Shown: in pieces, positions 60,821-64,000 of the stretch
Position numbering within the stretch: position 1 is the first letter of the stretch
Layout: every line of letters begins with the position of its first letter
Source: Mobula hypostoma
Taxonomy: Eukaryota
Reading direction: 5' to 3'
Length of the DNA stretch: 64,000 bases
NCBI RefSeq assembly: GCF_963921235.1
Contig: NC_086108.1
Span: 37,326,001 to 37,390,000, forward strand
The notes under the pieces: model-generated
What the model was told of the DNA's origin: nothing
Seen by the model: only the letters and a program-made list of their open reading frames with translations
Database searches by the model: none
Made by a program: the position numbers and the translations under genes

Positions 60821-62517
60821 TAGGGACCAGCGTTTGTACAGATTGGTTTCAATGCATTCTCATGTTGTCTGGATATGTTTTTCATGGCCAATAAATGATG
60901 AAAGAATCTCATGACAGAGAAGACTCGAGGAATGCTTTTGTATCTTGAAGTACTTCTGTCCTACGAAGGCAACTTAATAACCTAAAGCAAAGTGGATAAA
61001 ACATTATATTTAATCAAGGAACATGTCTCCTTCAGGGGAAGAAGTGGGGAAATGTTTGATAGCTGCAGGGTAGTGAAAGCAAAGGAGCTTGTCACAGCTT
61101 TTGGATATCTTGCAGATGTGAATGTGGCAGATTCTATATGATTCCTTAATCGTTCTTTCCCTGTCTTGTGATCACTTGCTCCCTTCCATTTTCTTTTTCA
61201 CCTTTTCTTTCATCTCTCTAGCCAGACTTCTCTTTGGCATGTTGTAAAATCTGTCTAATTTAGGAGTGTAAAATATGCCATTGTCACCTTCAAAGGTTGT
61301 GTTAAAACTCGCAGAGCTGTTTTAGAATTAGAAAAGAATTATAAGGATTATCTTAAACACTTATGCAAACGTCAGAGTAAGATGACTGACGCATGCAATT
61401 TGGTGATAGAATAAGATGCAGAATTTAAAATGGTCATTTATTTTATGCCATCAACATTTTTTATATTTGTATAGTCTGAGAGGGAATAACTGAGTAATCC
61501 ATCAGCTTTAAGTTTGCCAAAAATAGTTAGGTAGCAAATAAGTGTTTCTTTTCTGACATTAAATGTCAGCCGAATGGGTAAGCATCTAGCAAAAAAGAAA
61601 TCACCAGAGACTTGATTTCAGAGCCACCAAAGAGCAGGTTAGCAGAAATATTGTTGCCTCTGTCACAGTCGTCAAAGACTAGGTCTAGGCTTACACCTGT
61701 CTAATCCCACCTGAGCTACCAGCTAATGCATTTGTAGTATAAATCAGCCCCTCCAAAGAGCTCTCCTATTGGTATTCTGCCTCACATGGCATATTTACCC
61801 AATACCTCTACATCTGCAATATGCACTGACTTCCAGTGCAGCATTGCTTGATTTTTTAAATCCTCATCCTTGATAACAAACTTTTCTCTGTCCTCCCCTC
61901 TCCCCTATTCCATGCATCTTCCAGCCATTTGAAAATCTGTTTCCCTGCAATTCAGACATTTAGTAAAGCTTGTTTCCATGGTTCCAGTGTTCGCCGTGCT
62001 TTCATCCCTCAGGGGCATGAACACTGGAATCCAGCCCATTTCTCAAGTCACTTTGTAAAACCTACCACTGACTCAGCTTTATCTGAACCTTTTTTTACAA
62101 GGCTCATTGATAAATTGTATTTATGAAGTAACATGGATATGATTACCATGTTACAGATGTTCTATTTTATATACACACACTATTATTGACATAGTGCAGA
62201 CAAATTTGACAAGGTAATGACAAATACTCTGAATTTTTCCTGAGCTTCAGTTTGCATAGTTCTTTAATTTCCATTTGTACTGATGATTTTAGCCTTGAGC
62301 ATGATTTTCTTGATTTTCAAGGACTTACAATGCTTTTTAGTGATGTGACCTTAATTTTCTTGGAACTTACAATGAAATAAATATTTCGTGTCAGCACAAA
62401 ACTGGAAATGTATTTAAATGGAACACCTACTGCATCCCATTGTGTGAGATTTGCTATTCATTTGCTAGGATACCATCTATTTGGCTGTGATTTGTTCAGA
62501 TCTGTATAGAGTTAAAA

Positions 62518-63294
62518 AATACACATGGACTAAGATGGTAACTGTCCTGTGCTATCACCAGTGGGATCATCAGTTGATTTGCCACCTGTCTTCAGGAGTT
62601 TCAGCCCGCTTATGGTCAAGACTCCCTCGAGGTGGTGGGCCAGCAGTGCTAAAGCACCACCTCCCACCGGTGAGCTTAAAAACTTGGCATCTGCCTCTAT
62701 CAGAGTTGTTGGTCACTTCCATCCAATAGAGAGTCTGCTCTTCAGGTGTCTATGCAACTACTGAAGGGTTTGCAAGATATGTATACACTGTCTGACTATC
62801 TGCCCCTCTGGACATACTTGGTCCACACCCATGCTGGTCCTTTCTCTGCTGCCTCAGCTACAGCCCTGCTGGTTGACTTGATCTCTCTTCTAGTGAAGTC
62901 AAGGTCATGCAGCCACTTCTGGAGAGTGAACACAATAAACCCACGGCAGCCTACTTCGAATGGATAGCATGAGACCTTCCACCCTCTGTCTCTGCACTCT
63001 GGTCTTAATTCTGCATACTTGGTTAACTTGCGCTCATGGGCTTCATCGATGTTGTCTTCCCAGGAGACTGTGAGTTCACCAATAACCACTTCTCTACTGG
63101 TGTCAGACCATACGATAACATCTGGATGCAATGTGGTGATAGCTATTTGCTCCGGGAAACAGCCTTTCCCATCCAGGTCGGCCTTGACACACCAATCATT
63201 GGCTGATGAAAGTATGCTTGATCGTGAGCCTGTGCTGTACACCCTTGACTTGGAGCCTTCTTTCACAAATGATATGCGATGTTCTGTGCAGCAT
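62518..63294 (-). mobile_element. 5'-truncated HERO-like (R2 group) non-LTR retrotransposon
   Basis: Restriction-like endonuclease ORF plus a ~280-bp 3' UTR; possible TSD agttaaaa at 62510-62517 and 63295-63302. Confidence 0.8.
62796..63266 (-). CDS. PD-(D/E)xK restriction-like endonuclease domain of a HERO-type element (truncated, open frame)
   Basis: DW...DL...FP..I..TTLHPDVIVWS...VVIGELTVSWE....AHERKLTKY...GWK...PFEVGCRGF...AAEK...WVW. Confidence 0.82.
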   Translation of the reverse strand: MKEGSKSRVYSTGSRSSILSSANDWCVKADLDGKGCFPEQIAITTLHPDVIVWSDTSREVVIGELTVSWEDNIDEAHERKLTKYAELRPECRDRGWKVSCYPFEVGCRGFIVFTLQKWLHDLDFTRREIKSTSRAVAEAAEKGPAWVWTKYVQRGR

Positions 63295-63445
63295 AGTTAA
63301 AACTAAAGTGGAGGCTTTCTAACACGCTGAGCATGAAGACTCACTATTAGCTACAGACCTTCAGCAGTTACTAAATTAAGTTTATGAAATGCGCATTAAC
63401 TAAAGAATCACATCAAACGAAGTTTGTCAAAACATTTGGTATGAA

Positions 63446-63708
63446 GTTTATTTGTTTATTTATTGAGCTACAGCGCGGAATAGGCCTTTGAGCTACGCCA
63501 CCCAGCAAATCCCACAATTTAATGCTAGCCTAATCAGGAGACAGTTTACAATAACCAATTAACCTACCAACTGGTATCTCTTTGGACTGTGAGAGAAATC
63601 CAGAGCACCTAGACGAAACCTACGTGGTCATGGGGAGAAGATACAAACCCCTTACAGACAACAGCAGGTTGCTGGTAACGTAATGCCTTGTGCTTACCAC
63701 TATACTAT
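63446..63708 (-). mobile_element. V-SINE-like element
   Basis: Reverse V-domain (tttggactgtgagagaaatccagagcacctagacgaaacctacgtggtcatggggagaa) with a CR1-like tail and (aata)n end. Confidence 0.7.
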
Positions 63709-63715
63709 TAGATCA

Positions 63716-64000
63716 GAAGACCGTAAGACATAGGAGCAGATTAGGCCATTTGGCCCATTGAGTCTGCTCCACCATTCAATCATAGCTGATACCTTTTGTC
63801 CTCTCCTCAACCCCATTTCCCCGTTTTCTCCCTGTAACCTATAATGCCATGTCCAATCAAGAACCTATTAATCTCTGCCTTAAAAACACCCAATGACCTG
63901 GCCTCCACAGCTGCATGTACTAACAAATTCCACAAATTCACCACTCTCTGGCTAAAGAAATTTCTCCGCATCTCTGTTTTAATTTGACACCCCCTATCCT
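63716..64000 (-). mobile_element. CR1 3' end, running off the window
   Basis: aagaccgtaagacataggagcag...ggccatttggccc tail, then reverse FFSQRVVNLWN coding sequence. Confidence 0.9.

Noticed and set aside
62500..62537. Small exon-like segment (ttcag|...atg|gtaact)
   Set aside because: It straddles the inferred end and TSD of the HERO element; short and unrecognised.

Overview
This is a eukaryotic, repeat-saturated window. The mix of CR1/HER1-like LINEs, HE1-like V-SINEs, Rex1/Babar LINEs and Penelope-type terminal repeats suggests a cartilaginous fish, probably a ray (inference). I could not identify a host gene; the only candidate is one isolated 126-nt exon-like segment at 47121-47246. Every long ORF in the track derives from a transposable element or a tandem repeat. 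Contents: many CR1 copies with different 3' microsatellite tails, one nearly full length with an esterase-type ORF1; several Rex1/Babar copies; old RTE and L2 fragments; a decayed Gypsy element with a PNMA-like gag; a large solo LTR carrying minisatellites; Tc1 and Tigger DNA elements; tRNA-derived SINEs; and a HERO-type restriction-like-endonuclease retroelement fragment. Most interesting: (1) a 137-bp TSD-flanked Penelope-type insert that begins with a minimal hammerhead ribozyme core; (2) a Tigger MITE that closely resembles mammalian MER2 as I recall it, a horizontal-transfer candidate; (3) a young CR1 with an apparent 3' transduction; (4) a fold-back Tc1 built from two 3' arms inside a four-level nest; (5) a MITE whose ends are themselves hairpins and which carries a LINE tail. 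Family names come from motif recognition and memory, not database searches, and boundaries of old elements are approximate.
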